Notes: generated by a model from the sequence alone, not told the origin. Positions 1 through 13,090 are shown, counted from the stretch's first letter. The stretch: 64,000 nt of DNA from Octopus bimaculoides (GCF_001194135.2 NC_068994.1:19090911-19154910); one strand, 5' to 3'. Program-made: numbers and translations.

Positions 1-366
1 TATATATATATGAGTGTGTGTGTGTGTGTATATATGTGTGTGTGGGCAATGTTTTGTATGTGTGTATATATGTATGCGTATATGTGTGTATATGTATGTA
101 TGTATGTATGTATGTGTGTGTGTATGTGTATACATATGTATGTATATGTATATGTATATATATGTATGTATATGTACATATATGTATGTTTATGTATGTA
201 TATCATCATCATCATCATCATCATCGTTTAACTTCCGCTTTCCATGCTAGCATGGGTTGGACGATTCGACTGAGGACTGGTGAAACCGGATGGCAACACC
301 AGGCTCCAATCTAATTTGGCAGAGTTTCTACAGCTGGATGCCCTTCCTAACGCCAACCACTCAGAG

Positions 367-402
<36 letters not shown>

Positions 403-880
403 ATGTGTGTATATGTGTGTGATGTTTTGTATGTGTGCGTATATATCTATATGTATATATATATATATGTATATATATGTATATATGCATATATGTGTGT
501 ATGTATGTATATATATGTGTGTGTGTATATGTATATGTACATGTATATATATGTATATATGCGTATATGTGTATGTATGGTGGTTTGTATGTGTATAGGG
601 TGTTTTTTTTTTGTATATGTATATATAATTTTATAATTTTAAAATGAGGTTTTTTTAACATATTTTTATATTTATATTTATATATATATATGTGGATGTA
701 TGTGTATGTGTGTGTATGTATATGTGTGTGTGTGTGTATGTATTTATGACTTGTGAACTTTGCTTCTTTGTGTATGCATACATATACATGTGAGAGTGCA
801 CGTGTGTGCGTGCATGAACGTGTGTGCACGTATGAACGTGTGTGCATGTGTGTACGGGCGCACACGCAGATGCCTGTATG
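1..880. repeat. Compound (TA)n/(TG)n/(TATG)n microsatellite
   Basis: Directly visible. It produces the spurious YI/CV-rich ORFs. Confidence 0.95.
203..365 (-). mobile_element. RTE 3'-tail repeat ((GAT)n-tailed)
   Basis: Matches the 3' end of the RTE at 22880-23040. Confidence 0.85.
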
Positions 881-1106
881 TAGGTAATAGCATTCTTTTT
901 GCTAAAACTTAAAAAATTTTGTTCGGTTTTTGTAATTGTGAAATTTTTTCGCCATGAACGGTTTGTGTTTTTAAACGGAATGTATTTTTTCTGATGTTAT
1001 ATTTATTCCTGAATGATGTGTAAAGAAATTTTGATTTAAGCATCTTAATGAATTCTTTATACTGAAATATATATTGAAGAAGATAAATATGTTCATTTGA
1101 ATTTAT

Positions 1107-1511
1107 NNNNNNNNNNNNNNNNNNNNNNNNNNNNNNNNNNNNNNNNNNNNNNNNNNNNNNNNNNNNNNNNNNNNNNNNNNNNNNNNNNNNNNNNNNNNNN
1201 NNNNNNNNNNNNNNNNNNNNNNNNNNNNNNNNNNNNNNNNNNNNNNNNNNNNNNNNNNNNNNNNNNNNNNNNNNNNNNNNNNNNNNNNNNNNNNNNNNNN
1301 NNNNNNNNNNNNNNNNNNNNNNNNNNNNNNNNNNNNNNNNNNNNNNNNNNNNNNNNNNNNNNNNNNNNNNNNNNNNNNNNNNNNNNNNNNNNNNNNNNNN
1401 NNNNNNNNNNNNNNNNNNNNNNNNNNNNNNNNNNNNNNNNNNNNNNNNNNNNNNNNNNNNNNNNNNNNNNNNNNNNNNNNNNNNNNNNNNNNNNNNNNNN
1501 NNNNNNNNNNN
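1107..1511. other. Assembly gap (N run)
   Basis: N run. Other gaps are at 3194-3203, 5283-5536, 8543-8552, 13069-13078, 28645-28807 and 50381-50418. Confidence 0.99.
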
Positions 1512-2699
1512 TGTTAATATAACAATACATAAAAACGGACTAGAGTTGAAGTGCTCAGCATGAGCTAGAATTCAAATTATGGTAAGAATGGATACATAAG
1601 GGTGGAAGACCACAGGAACAATACCATATATCCAACGCAAGATTTAATATATATGTGTGTGTTCAAATCATTCTAGAATCAATAAATATATAGTTTTAAG
1701 TCTCTAAAACGTCTAAAATAGTAAGATAAGATAAAATAAAGTATACAGGCATATACAAGGACATAAACTTCAGAAATATCATGGATGTTTAAAATATTTA
1801 TTTAAAAATATTTATAAACATGCATAGTTTCCAACTTGTATAAAAATATTTAACAATTTAAGACAATACATTACGATATATAAATGTACAGTATGTTTTA
1901 ACATATAGTGGGTAAATATATACGATATGATATGATATTAATTACAAATTTATATGTACTATAAATTCTAATATCATATCATATCGTATCATATTGTAAC
2001 CGGTAAGCCAGAGAGCTGCAGCAGGCTCCAGTCCATTTTGGCTTGGTTCCTACACCTAGATGCCCTTCCTGATGCCAACCACTCCACAGAGTATAGTAGT
2101 TGTCTATTATGTATCACCAGCATGGGTGCCTTTTATGTGTGAATGGCACAAGTGCCTTTTATGAACCACACAAGCCAATGAGGGATCATATAACCAGTCA
2201 TAGGCAAACTGCACTCCTCAGGACTTTCTGAAATGGTTTCTCAAATGTAAAAATCACCTTGAATTTTTTTTGTAGTGTGGCTTACTTAATTATAAGTCAT
2301 GTCTCATGCAGCCCGCTTCTCAAAAAAAGGTTGCCCTTACCTACTATATACAGGTGCTTAGCCTGCTAGAAAAAGTAACCAACTCTCCCTAAAATCATAC
2401 CATACTGCATAAACAAGAATAATACTTGTATCAGTGAAAGATACAAGTTAAAGATAAGTGGAATTGGTCATTGAAAACTAAGTAACTTGGTAATGGAAAT
2501 AGGGCAAAGGACAGAATATGAACTGCTGGTTGTCTGGTACATTATTGATTGAAATGCTAGCAGGCCTTGTTGAATGTAATAGAGAACCTTGAGAGATAAC
2601 TTGTTTTAAGCCAGTGACTAGCTCTGTGGCTAAACAAGGCATCCGCTCAGAAACTGACATAGTGATGGTGGAATAGTATGATAGATAATAAGCCCACAT

Positions 2700-3150
2700 T
2701 AAATAATCAGTATCTCTAAGAAGAATAAATAAAAAAAGAACAGGTAGTATAGCAGGAAACAATACCAAAAAAATATGTAGTAAATGCGATGTTAGGTTTT
2801 CTATGGGGAGAAGCTGGGTGTGGGAGATTTACTAATGAGGATGAGTCACATGAAATATTTGAATAGTTGCAAGATAAATTGTGTGTATGAATCAGTACGT
2901 CATTGAAAATAAATATATTCAAAGCAACACTGCTGTACATGCCTACAGTGGAAGGGAAAATAAAGAAGTGTGAAAGTTATTACAAAAGGTTGTTAAGGAA
3001 TATGTGTATGTATATGTTAAAGAATACGTATAGGAAGTGAAAGACATGCACTGGACCAGATAATATTCTTACAGCGATGATTGAGGTGTTAGAAGACTTT
3101 GGAACGGACAAAATAAGTCTCTTTGATGAAGTCTAGAAGGAATATTCAAA
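2700..3150 (+). mobile_element. Old LINE relic (pre-RT linker region)
   Basis: Broken translation contains KTCTGPDNILTAMIEVLEDFGTDKI, similar to the K.PGPD.I..EM motif of RTE-type LINEs. Confidence 0.45.
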
Positions 3151-3709
3151 TTAATCTATATAGCACTTTCCAAAAAAGAAAAAAAAAAAAAAANNNNNNN
3201 NNNAAAAAAAAAAAAAAAAAAAAAGAATCTGGGGCAATAGGATATGAGCTATAGAGAACCATTAGCTTTATGGGTGACATTACAAATATATTGTTACTTG
3301 TCCTGACATTTAGATTCTGAATGAGAAATATTAGAAATAGAAACACAGTGTGGATTCGTTAAAGAGAAAGGAACAGTTAATGCTGTGTACAGTTGATGCT
3401 GTGTACATCATTGAATGGACAATGGAAGTACAAGGTCTGTATTTATACATCGTTGCTATATAAATACAGATCTTGTACTATTACTGCTCAATGCTCTGTG
3501 AACACTGAAAAGACAGTAAGACATGACATAGAGAACAGCAACAGAGACTATGACACAGTAGGCATCCTGACTGCATCCACATGCTAAAATTCACCACCAC
3601 CTCTTTGAAAAGATCTTCTGAGAGAAACCCCCTTGAAAAGATCTTCCAAGGGACACAGTAAGGAATGCATGTGCTGGATTTTGGAGCCATCTTGATGCTG
3701 TGGTTGAAG

Positions 3710-5230
3710 CTAGGTATTTCTCCTGCAGTCACCTTACCAGAAATATAGTATCAGTGGTGCAAAATCAAACTGCATCTCATTTAGGCTAACTCTCTCCCTA
3801 ATTCGTTGGGCTATGACCCTCTCCAAGAAATTCATTGCCTGATCCAGCAATTTGATACTCCTGTAGTTATTTCTATCTAAAGCATCACCTGTACCTTCGT
3901 AGCAGCTGACTATGGTGCTGCTACACCAGTCATTGGTTATGACTCCTTCGTGAACTACCTGATTTACAATACAAGTGACTAGACTATAACCCACACGACC
4001 AGATATTTTAAGCACCTCGGCAGTCAGGCTTTCCCTGACTTCATATCCTTAATTGCTTTATCTATCAGGGTGTAGATTCGGGTAGCTGGTCCCTCTACTG
4101 GGTGAACATTTGGCAGGCTCTCCTCCTCCTATTCATTCTCTACATTCAGCAGTCTTTCATAATGGCATCTCCAAGCCTCTTTCTTTGCAGAATCATTAAA
4201 TGCAAGTTCACCATCATCCATGCAGACACATTTCTCTCCTGTCACAATTTTCTCTCACATACTGTCTTGCAATCCAAAATACTTCAGTTCTTTGGTCCTC
4301 ACATTGCTGAACATTGGCAAACTTCTTCTTTTCTGCTTCTTCCTTAGCTATATATACCTGTCACCTAACCTCCCTTCTGGCTATCTGGTACAGTTTCATG
4401 CTACCCCCCACTCTTCCAGGTTTTCTAGGACTGTTTCTTTGCTCTAATGGCTCTGTCTACAGTATTATTCCGCCACATTACCCTAGGTCTGGAAGGGACT
4501 TTGCACCAGCCACAGGCTTGGTCACACGTCTGTAGGACCTCCTCCCTCTCATCAAATTTCTCAATGAGGATGTCCCTAAATCTCTGACCATGTGAAGGGT
4601 TCTTAAGCTTCCAAGTCCTTTTCTGGATTGGTCTGCTTCTTGGTGTCCTTTTGGCCTCAAGTCTAAAGTCACTAATGACTAGTCTATGTTGGTGGGTACA
4701 TTCTTCACCAGGAAGGGTCTTTGTATTTAAGAACAGCTATGCATCAAGCTCTCTGGTGAGCATGAAATCAATCTGGCTCGCAGAATCACCTGATTGATAG
4801 GTGATCAGGTGGCTGGCTGGCTTCCTGAAGTTGATGTTGCAGATTAATAGGTTGCTTGCATCACAGAACTCCAGTAGCCTAGTTCCCTCTTTGTTTTGGG
4901 AACCAACTCTGTGGCCCTCATTAACACTATGGAAGATACCAGATTGCTGTCCGACATGCCCATTAAAATCTCCAGCCACAAAGATGAGGTCATTGCCACT
5001 CGTCTTTGAGGTACCCTGTAGAAGGGTATCATAAAAGGGATCCTTCTGATCATTTGGTAGGCCCACTTGTGGAGCGTAGGCAGAGATAATTGCAGCTATA
5101 CTATTCTGCAAGACTAGCCTGAGCTTAAGCATCCTATCGCACACCCTGACTACCTCTATGACTTTATCCACCCATTTCTCTGCGAGGGGTATGGCTACAC
5201 CCCCTACTCCATTACTGTTACCTTCCCAGA
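3710..5230 (-). mobile_element. RTE-clade LINE fragment (AP endonuclease to start of RT), degenerate
   Basis: APE motifs IISAYAPQ, AGDFNGHVG, SQIDFML. RT-proximal motifs WCSSTIV, NYRSIKLL, MQF and TTDTIFLVR*LQEKY. Contains frameshifts and stops. Confidence 0.9.
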
Positions 5231-5249
5231 AGATTTTATACTTATGTGT

Positions 5250-5282
<33 letters not shown>

Positions 5283-5639
5283 NNNNNNNNNNNNNNNNNN
5301 NNNNNNNNNNNNNNNNNNNNNNNNNNNNNNNNNNNNNNNNNNNNNNNNNNNNNNNNNNNNNNNNNNNNNNNNNNNNNNNNNNNNNNNNNNNNNNNNNNNN
5401 NNNNNNNNNNNNNNNNNNNNNNNNNNNNNNNNNNNNNNNNNNNNNNNNNNNNNNNNNNNNNNNNNNNNNNNNNNNNNNNNNNNNNNNNNNNNNNNNNNNN
5501 NNNNNNNNNNNNNNNNNNNNNNNNNNNNNNNNNNNNAAGACAGGTTTGTCTTAATAACTGATGAGTTGTTGGAGCAGACTTCAGCCCCAGCATCCAAAAC
5601 TCTGAGTTTTATTATGACAACCGACTAAGTGTCACATAT

Positions 5640-5693
<54 letters not shown>

Positions 5694-5723
5694 TATATAT
5701 ACACACACATACACACACACATA

Positions 5724-6192
5724 CATGAGCAGAATTTAGGCTAGTTGAAACATGTTTGTCACATATTTCAACTGCTAAAAGGCAAATACACTGCTGTTAC
5801 TCTGGAGAAAAAATGTCTCTTATGGTAAAAAGGTGTGAAAACACTGGTTCGTTCAGTGTTACCCCTATTTGGAATCTCAGACATCGATGCTTTGAGTATT
5901 TTGACTCTTGTCAATGAGATGTACCTAAATTGACTGGATTATATATAAAGCTACGACTTTATTAAATTCATTCAGAGTTGCCTCTCTTATGTATATCTCA
6001 TTGACAAGGGTCAAAAAATTCGAAACATCGATGTCTGAGATTCCTAATAGAGGGTGACACTGAACAAACCAGTGTTTTCACACCTTTTTACCATAAGGGA
6101 GACTTTTTATCCATGGCAATGGCAGCGTATTTGCCTTTCAGCAGTTGAAATATGTGACGAACATATTTCAACTAGCCTAAATTCTACTCATG
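5724..6192. mobile_element. Fold-back/MITE-like element with ~200-bp inverted arms
   Basis: 5724-5924 is the imperfect reverse complement of 5991-6192 (catgagcagaatttaggctagttgaaa ... tttcaactagcctaaattctactcatg). Confidence 0.85.
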
Positions 6193-6309
6193 CCCAAACA
6201 CTGCTTTGCGCTAACACTTTGTTATGTGTGTGTGTGTGTATGTCTGTGTGTGTGTGTAAGTGAACTTGGAATTTGGAATTTGAAATTTGAAATCTGAAAC
6301 TGAAATCGA

Positions 6310-6875
6310 ACCGAAACCGACAACTGGCACCCATGCCAACCTCTCCTTCATTGGACACTAAACTCTGCTTGCGAAGACCTGTTGGGGCAAGTGAAATCGT
6401 AATTGAACCATACTCGATGAGTGGCACCTATTCCAGTGGAGCACTAACAGCACTGTCCGAGTGTGTTCATTGCCAGAGCAGCTGTCTGGCTTCCGTGCTA
6501 GTGGCCTATACATAGCTCCATTTGAGCGTAATCGTTACCAGCATTGCCTTCTAGCACTTGTGCTGGTGGCACATTAGAAAATCATTCGAGCAAGGTCGTT
6601 GCCAGTGCCGCTGGACTGGCTCCCGTGCAGGTGGCACGTAAAACACACCTTTTTGAGTGTGGCCATTGCCAGTACCGTATGACTGGCCCTCGTGCGGGTG
6701 GCATGTAAAAGCAACCACTACACACTCAGAGTGGTTGGCGTTAGGAAGGGCATCTAGCTGTAGAAACTCTGCCAGATCAAATTGGAGCCTGGTGCACCCT
6801 TCTGGCTTGCCAGTCCTCAGTCAAATCATCCAACCTATGCTAGCATGGAAAGCGGATGTTAAACAATGATGATGA
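6310..6875 (+). mobile_element. RTE 3' UTR copy with internal ~65-bp subrepeats and (GAT)n tail
   Basis: gtggcac..cgag..ttgccag units followed by gagtggttggcgttaggaagggc...gttaaacaatgatgatg. Confidence 0.88.
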
Positions 6876-7282
6876 TATATATATAATATATATATACATT
6901 TATGTAGATATATGTATCTATGTGTGTGTGTCTTTGTGTCTGTGTTTGTCCCCCACCATTGCTTGACAACCATGTTGGTGTGCTTACATCCCTGTAACTT
7001 AGCAGTTCAACAAAAGAGAGCGACAGTATAAATACTAAGGCCAAAAAAGAAAAAAAAATCATAAGTACTGGGGGGGGGGGTCAATTCATTTAACTAAAAT
7101 TCTTCAAGGTGGTGCCCCAACATGGCTGTAGTCTGATGACTGGAGCAAGTAAAAAATAAATACATTGTTTTTTTTCATTCTGACAAAGTTTTCAAGGATA
7201 ACATTTTCTTTTTCCTCTTTGGTAAATTTAATTATGTATACAACAGTTTAAAAAGAAAAGGGAAAGTCTTCTTTGTACTTAC

Positions 7283-7444
7283 ATCATTTCTGCAAGCCTC
7301 AATCCAGTGCTTAGCAACAGATTCTAAAGTTTGAGTAGCATCATGTACATCTTTAACAAAAGTCACAATGCTTTTGTTTTCCACAGACGGTAGATGGATT
7401 TCGCTCTCCTTTAGATTATCACTCAGTTCTATTAGCTGCGCCAA
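7283..7444 (-). CDS. Internal coding exon, putative vinculin/alpha-catenin-like gene
   Basis: Acceptor ttattatgcag, donor GAT|gtaagt, 162 nt, phase 0/0. Reads LAQLIELSDNLKESEIHLPSVENKSIVTFVKDVHDATQTLESVAKHWIEACRND (amphipathic helical). The exon is well supported; the family call is inference. Confidence 0.72.
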
Positions 7445-7561
7445 CTGCATAATAACAACAACAACAACAATAATTACCTAATATAATAATGAGTGTAGTG
7501 TTTTTATATATTTGTATATATATATATATTTAAAATTTTTTAAAATTATTTAAAATTATAA

Positions 7562-7953
7562 TACAGGGTATCAAGAGATACCACCACGCTGAAAAAATAG
7601 CAGTCAAATCCTGACTCTAAAACCACAATAAATGTCCACATGGCACGAGTAGCGAAGACGAAGACCAAATAAATCAGTAAAATAATAAGATAATTCCAAA
7701 TCCAAGTGCTAGAAGGCAATGCTGGTAACGATTACGCTCAAATGTACAGGCCACTAGCACGGAAGCCAGACAGCTGCTCTGGCAATGAACACACCCGGAC
7801 AGTGCTGTTAGTGCTCCACTGGAACAGGTGCCACTCATCGAGTATGGTTCAATTACGATTTCACTTGCCCCAAATCTGTGGACATTTATTGTCGTTTTAG
7901 AGTCAGGATTTGACTGCTATTTTTTCAGCGTGGTGGTATCTCTTGATACCCTG
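7562..7953. mobile_element. Tc1/mariner-type MITE with 77-bp TIRs
   Basis: 7564-7640 and 7877-7953 are inverted with 1 mismatch. The TIR starts CAGGGT after TA. Confidence 0.8.
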
Positions 7954-8498
7954 TTGTATAATATATTTAGGTGTTTCAATAGTTTCTTTTTTACTGAGTC
8001 TATGGTGAAATCTTATCGTATTCTTTGTTAAATTTATCTTCTAAATTCATTAAGGCTGTTTGTTTATGAAGGACATGTCTATGTGCGTACGAAGTATTTG
8101 TAAACCTCTTGCAATCATTGGGTTTATTTCTTTAAATTCATTAAAGATGTTTTTTATTTGCTTGCAGGGTATGTATCTGTGTATTTTGGTCAAGTTTTGC
8201 ACTCTCATTTTAACTCAATTTCCCAAAAATTCCTTGTTATGAGGAGTGTTTCAGCATTTCATTTCACGTTATTGCATTTTTGGATATTTCATCCAGTTTT
8301 ATGTTCAAAATCATTTCTTGAAATTGAATTTGTTTCCGTATCTGCAGCGTGACATAATCTCAATTTAGTTCTTTAGTGCGTATCTAAAATGATTATGTAG
8401 TATCTTTAGTTTCATTTTTAAATGGGTAGCTTCTGGAAAATGACTTATTTTCAAATTTCTCAATACTTCGAACGAGTCAAAACGAATGTGCGCGCCCG

Positions 8499-8542
<44 letters not shown>

Positions 8543-9304
8543 NNNNNNNNNNAGGAAGAAAAAAATCGCCAACGATATCCACGAGGTTACATTGTGGAAT
8601 CACGCAGTTAGGGTGAAGGGAGAGGATGAAAAATAGTAATTCAGTGAAGAAGTAGTGAGAGTAATAGCCATGACTGAGAAGGAGTGAGAGAAATTAAGAG
8701 CAATGAGAAAGAGGAAGTGGCAAAGAGAGTGTCGTGTATCTTCTACTATAATAATACTCTTGTGTATTTCTCCGTCACAACATACAAATGAAAAAGGAAG
8801 GGGTGATCCACCAATGGCAGTGAGATGGTGAAAAGTCAACAGTGAAACAAAAATCAAACAGTGCTTCAACTCTGTGTGAGTATATGTGTGTGCGTGTAAA
8901 AGGGAGGAATGTGAATGTTTGTATGTGTGTGTGTGTGTATGTATGTGTGTGTTTGTGTAAAGTATGTTTAATTATTTGAATGAGTGTATATGTGTTTGTG
9001 TATGCTTATTTAGAAAGATACATAGAAAATAGAATTACAGACACATGCATTTACACATACATATATATATATAAACAGACACACTTAAAATGGAAGGAAG
9101 CGATAAAGTATAGAAAAACACATTCACTACAGACTGTGCGGCTCATACATATAAATGTATACATATGCACCTATGCACGCATCAGCACACACATGCGCAC
9201 ACACACACACACACACACAGAGTTGAAGCACTGATTTCTTTTTACGTTTTTGCACCCTTTTTATATATAAAATACTACAATTTTTGATGCCACAGGGCCA
9301 GCTA

Positions 9305-9452
9305 GTAATAATAATAATAATAATAATCCTTTCTACTATAGGCATGAGGCCTGAAATTTGGGGTGGGGGGAATAGTCGATTACATCAACTCCAGTGTTCA
9401 ACTGGTTACTTATTTTATCAACCCTGAAAGAATAAAAGGCAAAATCAACTCT

Positions 9453-9536
<84 letters not shown>

Positions 9537-9710
9537 GTTTCAAATTTTGGTACAAGGCCAGCAATTTGGGAGGCGGTGAGTAAGTCGATTACTTCAACCC
9601 TAGTGCTCAACTGGTGTTTATTTCATCAACTCTGAAAGGATGAAAGGCAAAGTGAACCTTGGCAGAATTTGAACTCAGAATTCGAAGATGGACGAAATGT
9701 CACTAAAATA
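9305..9710 (-). mobile_element. Two tandem SINE family A copies with (ATT)n/(ACT)n tails
   Basis: Repeated caactggt..ttttatc..ccctgaaag.atgaaaggcaaa core. Confidence 0.8.
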
Positions 9711-10519
9711 AAGATGTTGATGATGATGATTTCATTGCTTTTTACAAAGGTGATGGATGAGATATGTAACCTGAACGGGATAATAACAGTGATGATGATG
9801 ACAAAATGATGATGAAGATCATCATCATCATCGTCGTTTAACGCCCGCTTTCCTTGCTAGTATGGGTTGGACAATTTGACTGAGGACTGGTGAAACCCGA
9901 TGGCTATACCAGGCTCCAATCTGATGATGATAACAATAGCTAGCAGTAACTGTGGGAATTCCACAGTTATTTTGAAAATTGTAAAATGGAAGTCTATATT
10001 TTTCTGAAGCAACTGGTTCTTGAGATAGTGGAATCTCAAGAAATACCAACTCTGAAAGCTGTATTCTTATATCTCCTACTTTGAGAGTTGTTATCTATTA
10101 TTTATCACTTTACATGAAGAAGTAGTAAACCATCTTAATTATGGACAACATTAGAGAGGACAGTAGCTTTATGCAAGATGAGGGATTAAAGAATGAGAGT
10201 AAGGACCAGAACAGAACAGAGCGACTAACATGAAGAGCTAGTCAATTAAATTGATCCAGAACTTGACTCGTAGTTTATTTTGCCGACCCTAGAAAAATGA
10301 AAGAAAGCTGATCTCAGTGGGATTTGAACTCAGAATATAAAATTACTCATACTCTTTTATTTGATGCTCACTTGGTATACTCAAGTAGTTCCATGCAAAC
10401 AAGAAGGCACTGAATGATGCTAAAATTCAAAAGAAGAACTAAATGCCTAGATCAACAAAAAGAAAGCTTTTGATTGTCTCACATAAGTAGCTTACTAAAA
10501 TGCCAAATGATTAATAATA

Positions 10520-10730
10520 ATAATATTTCTTTCTAAATCTTACAGAAGGCCAGCAATTTGTGGGAGAAGGTGGTCGATTACATCGATCTCAGTACTCAAC
10601 TGATATCTTATTTTATCGATTCCAAATGGATGAAAGGTAAAGTCGACATTGACAGAATTTGAACTCAAAATGTAGAGCTAGAAGAAATGCTGCTAGGAAT
10701 TTAGTACAGTGTGGTAACGATTCTACAATA
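10520..10730 (-). mobile_element. SINE family A copy
   Basis: atgaaaggtaaagtcgac..gaatttgaactca core and head. Confidence 0.78.
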
Positions 10731-11084
10731 TTGATATTGATGACTTCTGATCTTAACTGATTGGAAGTGTTATCATGGACATGTTTTATCTTCGTGTAAA
10801 AGATGGGCTACAGCAAATATTCTGCTCAACACCACAGATATGCTTGTCTGTTGTTTGACCATAATCAGTTGAGCATGTCCTTGAGTGGCTGATGATATGT
10901 GCATCTCTGATCATAAGCAGAAGAAGTGGGGGAGTATCATAGTTGCCATATGCTGAGAGGAATTCTTTGGGATTTCGATAATTCACCTTTGGAAACATGG
11001 GTGTTTTGTTCAACATCCTTAAATACCCCTTATTCAAGGACCATTTAAGCAGGATGAGCTACTTGACCTGAAGAAAATCAGAAT

Positions 11085-11918
11085 CAGAAGGGTTTATCAT
11101 AGCAGCCCAAGATCAATGCCTACCTACAAGAAACTACCAGGCCAACATATTAAAGAATGGCAGCTACCCAACATGTTGTGTATGTCAACAATAAAATGAA
11201 ACCATTGATCATGTTGTCTCCATGTGCAGTCTTCTTGTGCCTACAGAGTATCTCAATAGGTATGATAGAGATGCACAATATATTCACTGGGTAATTTGTG
11301 AAAACCTGGACCTAGCCCATGATAAAAACTGGTTGGAACACAAACCACCCCCAGTACTTGAAAGTGATCACATCCCACTCCTCTGGAACTTCACCATTCA
11401 AACTGACAGATAAATGCAAATAGGCCAGACATTATACTGAAAGACCTCAGGCAAAAATCATGCCTCCCCATTGATATGACTGTCCCAATTGATATAAATG
11501 TATCTGTCAATACCTACCAAAAACTGAGCAAGTATAAAGATCTTGAAATAGAAATTGGCAAAATGTGGAACCTGAAGACTAAAACAATATCTGTTGCCAT
11601 AGGTGCCTTAGGAATGATAGCAAAAGGGGCTGATTGCTACCTAGCTCAGATACCAGGAAACCCCAAAATGGCAGAAATTCAAAAGATAGCGCTCATGGGA
11701 ACTGCCCATATCCTACATAAAATACTGTCTATGTTAGCTCAAATTTTAAAATAAACTCATAATTTTCTTATGGTTTCTTAAACATTCTCTAGAACGTTTA
11801 ACAAAAACAAATATGACATCCTAAGCATAACACCAGCATGAACTTCTAACTTGTTGTCTCTGAGGTCTCTGGGTGAGACTTGGAGCCAACTTGTACAAAT
11901 ACAAAGCAAAAGTCAAAC

Positions 11919-11975
<57 letters not shown>
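11085..11975 (+). mobile_element. R4/Dong-clade non-LTR retrotransposon 3' fragment (zinc knuckle + restriction-like endonuclease) ending in (TAA)n
   Basis: Reads EGFIIAAQDQCLPTRNY, C..C...ETIDHVVSMC, NRPDII..D, KLSKYKDL and GALG. The 3' UTR is followed by (TAA)n at 11921-11975. Confidence 0.85.
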
Positions 11976-11977
<2 letters not shown>

Positions 11978-12133
11978 GCTGCCTAGCTACCTATTATTAT
12001 TAGATAGATAGATAGATAGACGATTAAAATGTAGCATGTTTACTAAAAAAATTGTCAAACCATAAAAACAAACATTCCCATAAATTGGAGTTAGAAAAGA
12101 ATACACACACACACACACACACACATACATACA

Positions 12134-12227
<94 letters not shown>

Positions 12228-12235
12228 TATATATA
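11921..12235. repeat. (TAA)n, (GATA)n, (CA)n and (TA)n microsatellites
   Basis: Directly visible. Confidence 0.9.
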
Positions 12236-12789
12236 AGGTACCTCAGAAAATGTGAAACAGATGAAATACATCAACAGAATGGCCATTGCAATTATTTATG
12301 AACATTACTAAATGGCTATAGCAATATCAGAAGTAGAATGTGTTTAAGTAAAGCCAAAATAATATGCATCAAAACATGAGTTGCATGAAACTGAATGGGA
12401 ATATTACGTTAATGAACATTAGTGCCAAAATGAGCACAGATAAATAAATAAATATAATAAGCACCAGCACACTTTCTATAACCAGGAATTGATTATGGTT
12501 TCGATGTAAATTAGTGAGTCAGTGTTATTACCAACAAAAAGCAATCTAATATTAGCATCAATTACATTTAGGATAATAATGGTAGTATTATTATCTAATG
12601 GAGAGAAAAAGCCTTCGTAGGAAAATAGAATAATGAAAAAATATCAAAATTTCGAATTATGTAAAAATAGATGGGAACTTTTCCATATATAAGGAAATGA
12701 ATATAAAAATATTAACTATCTGTGTTTAGAAGGGGAATGGGGAGGAATGCTATAAACACAAAAAAAAGTAAAAAAAAAATAGGTTTGTT

Positions 12790-13090
12790 TATTTTCTTTC
12801 TTTTTCAGTCATTGGACTGTGGCCATACTGGGCACTGCCAAAAGTGGTCTTAGTAGAACAAACTGACCCCAGTATATTTTTTTTTACACTTTTACATGTT
12901 TCAGTCATTTGACTGTGGCCATGCTGGAGCACCGCCTTTAGTCGAGCAAATCGACCCCAGGACTTATTCTTTGGAAGCCTAGTACTTATTCTATCAATCT
13001 CTTTTGCCAAACCACCAAACTACTAAATTATGGGGATGTAAACAAACCAACACTAGTTTCCAAACAGTNNNNNNNNNNAAACACACAAAC

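Noticed and set aside
10-865. Many ORFs rich in Y/I/C/V/M or H/T (also at 12.0, 24.8-25.6, 31.0, 38.9, 44.0, 53.4-56.1 and 56.9 kb)
   Set aside because: They are translations of (TA)n/(TG)n/(CA)n microsatellites, which lack stops in some frames.
4737-5597. 286-aa ORF as a host endonuclease gene
   Set aside because: It spans an N-gap and microsatellite. The real part is RTE APE sequence with a disrupted continuation.
6421-6720. CRISPR-like look of the recurring gtggcac motif with variable intervals
   Set aside because: The whole unit is homologous (no unique spacers), the repeats are degenerate, there are no cas genes, and the context is a eukaryotic LINE 3' UTR.
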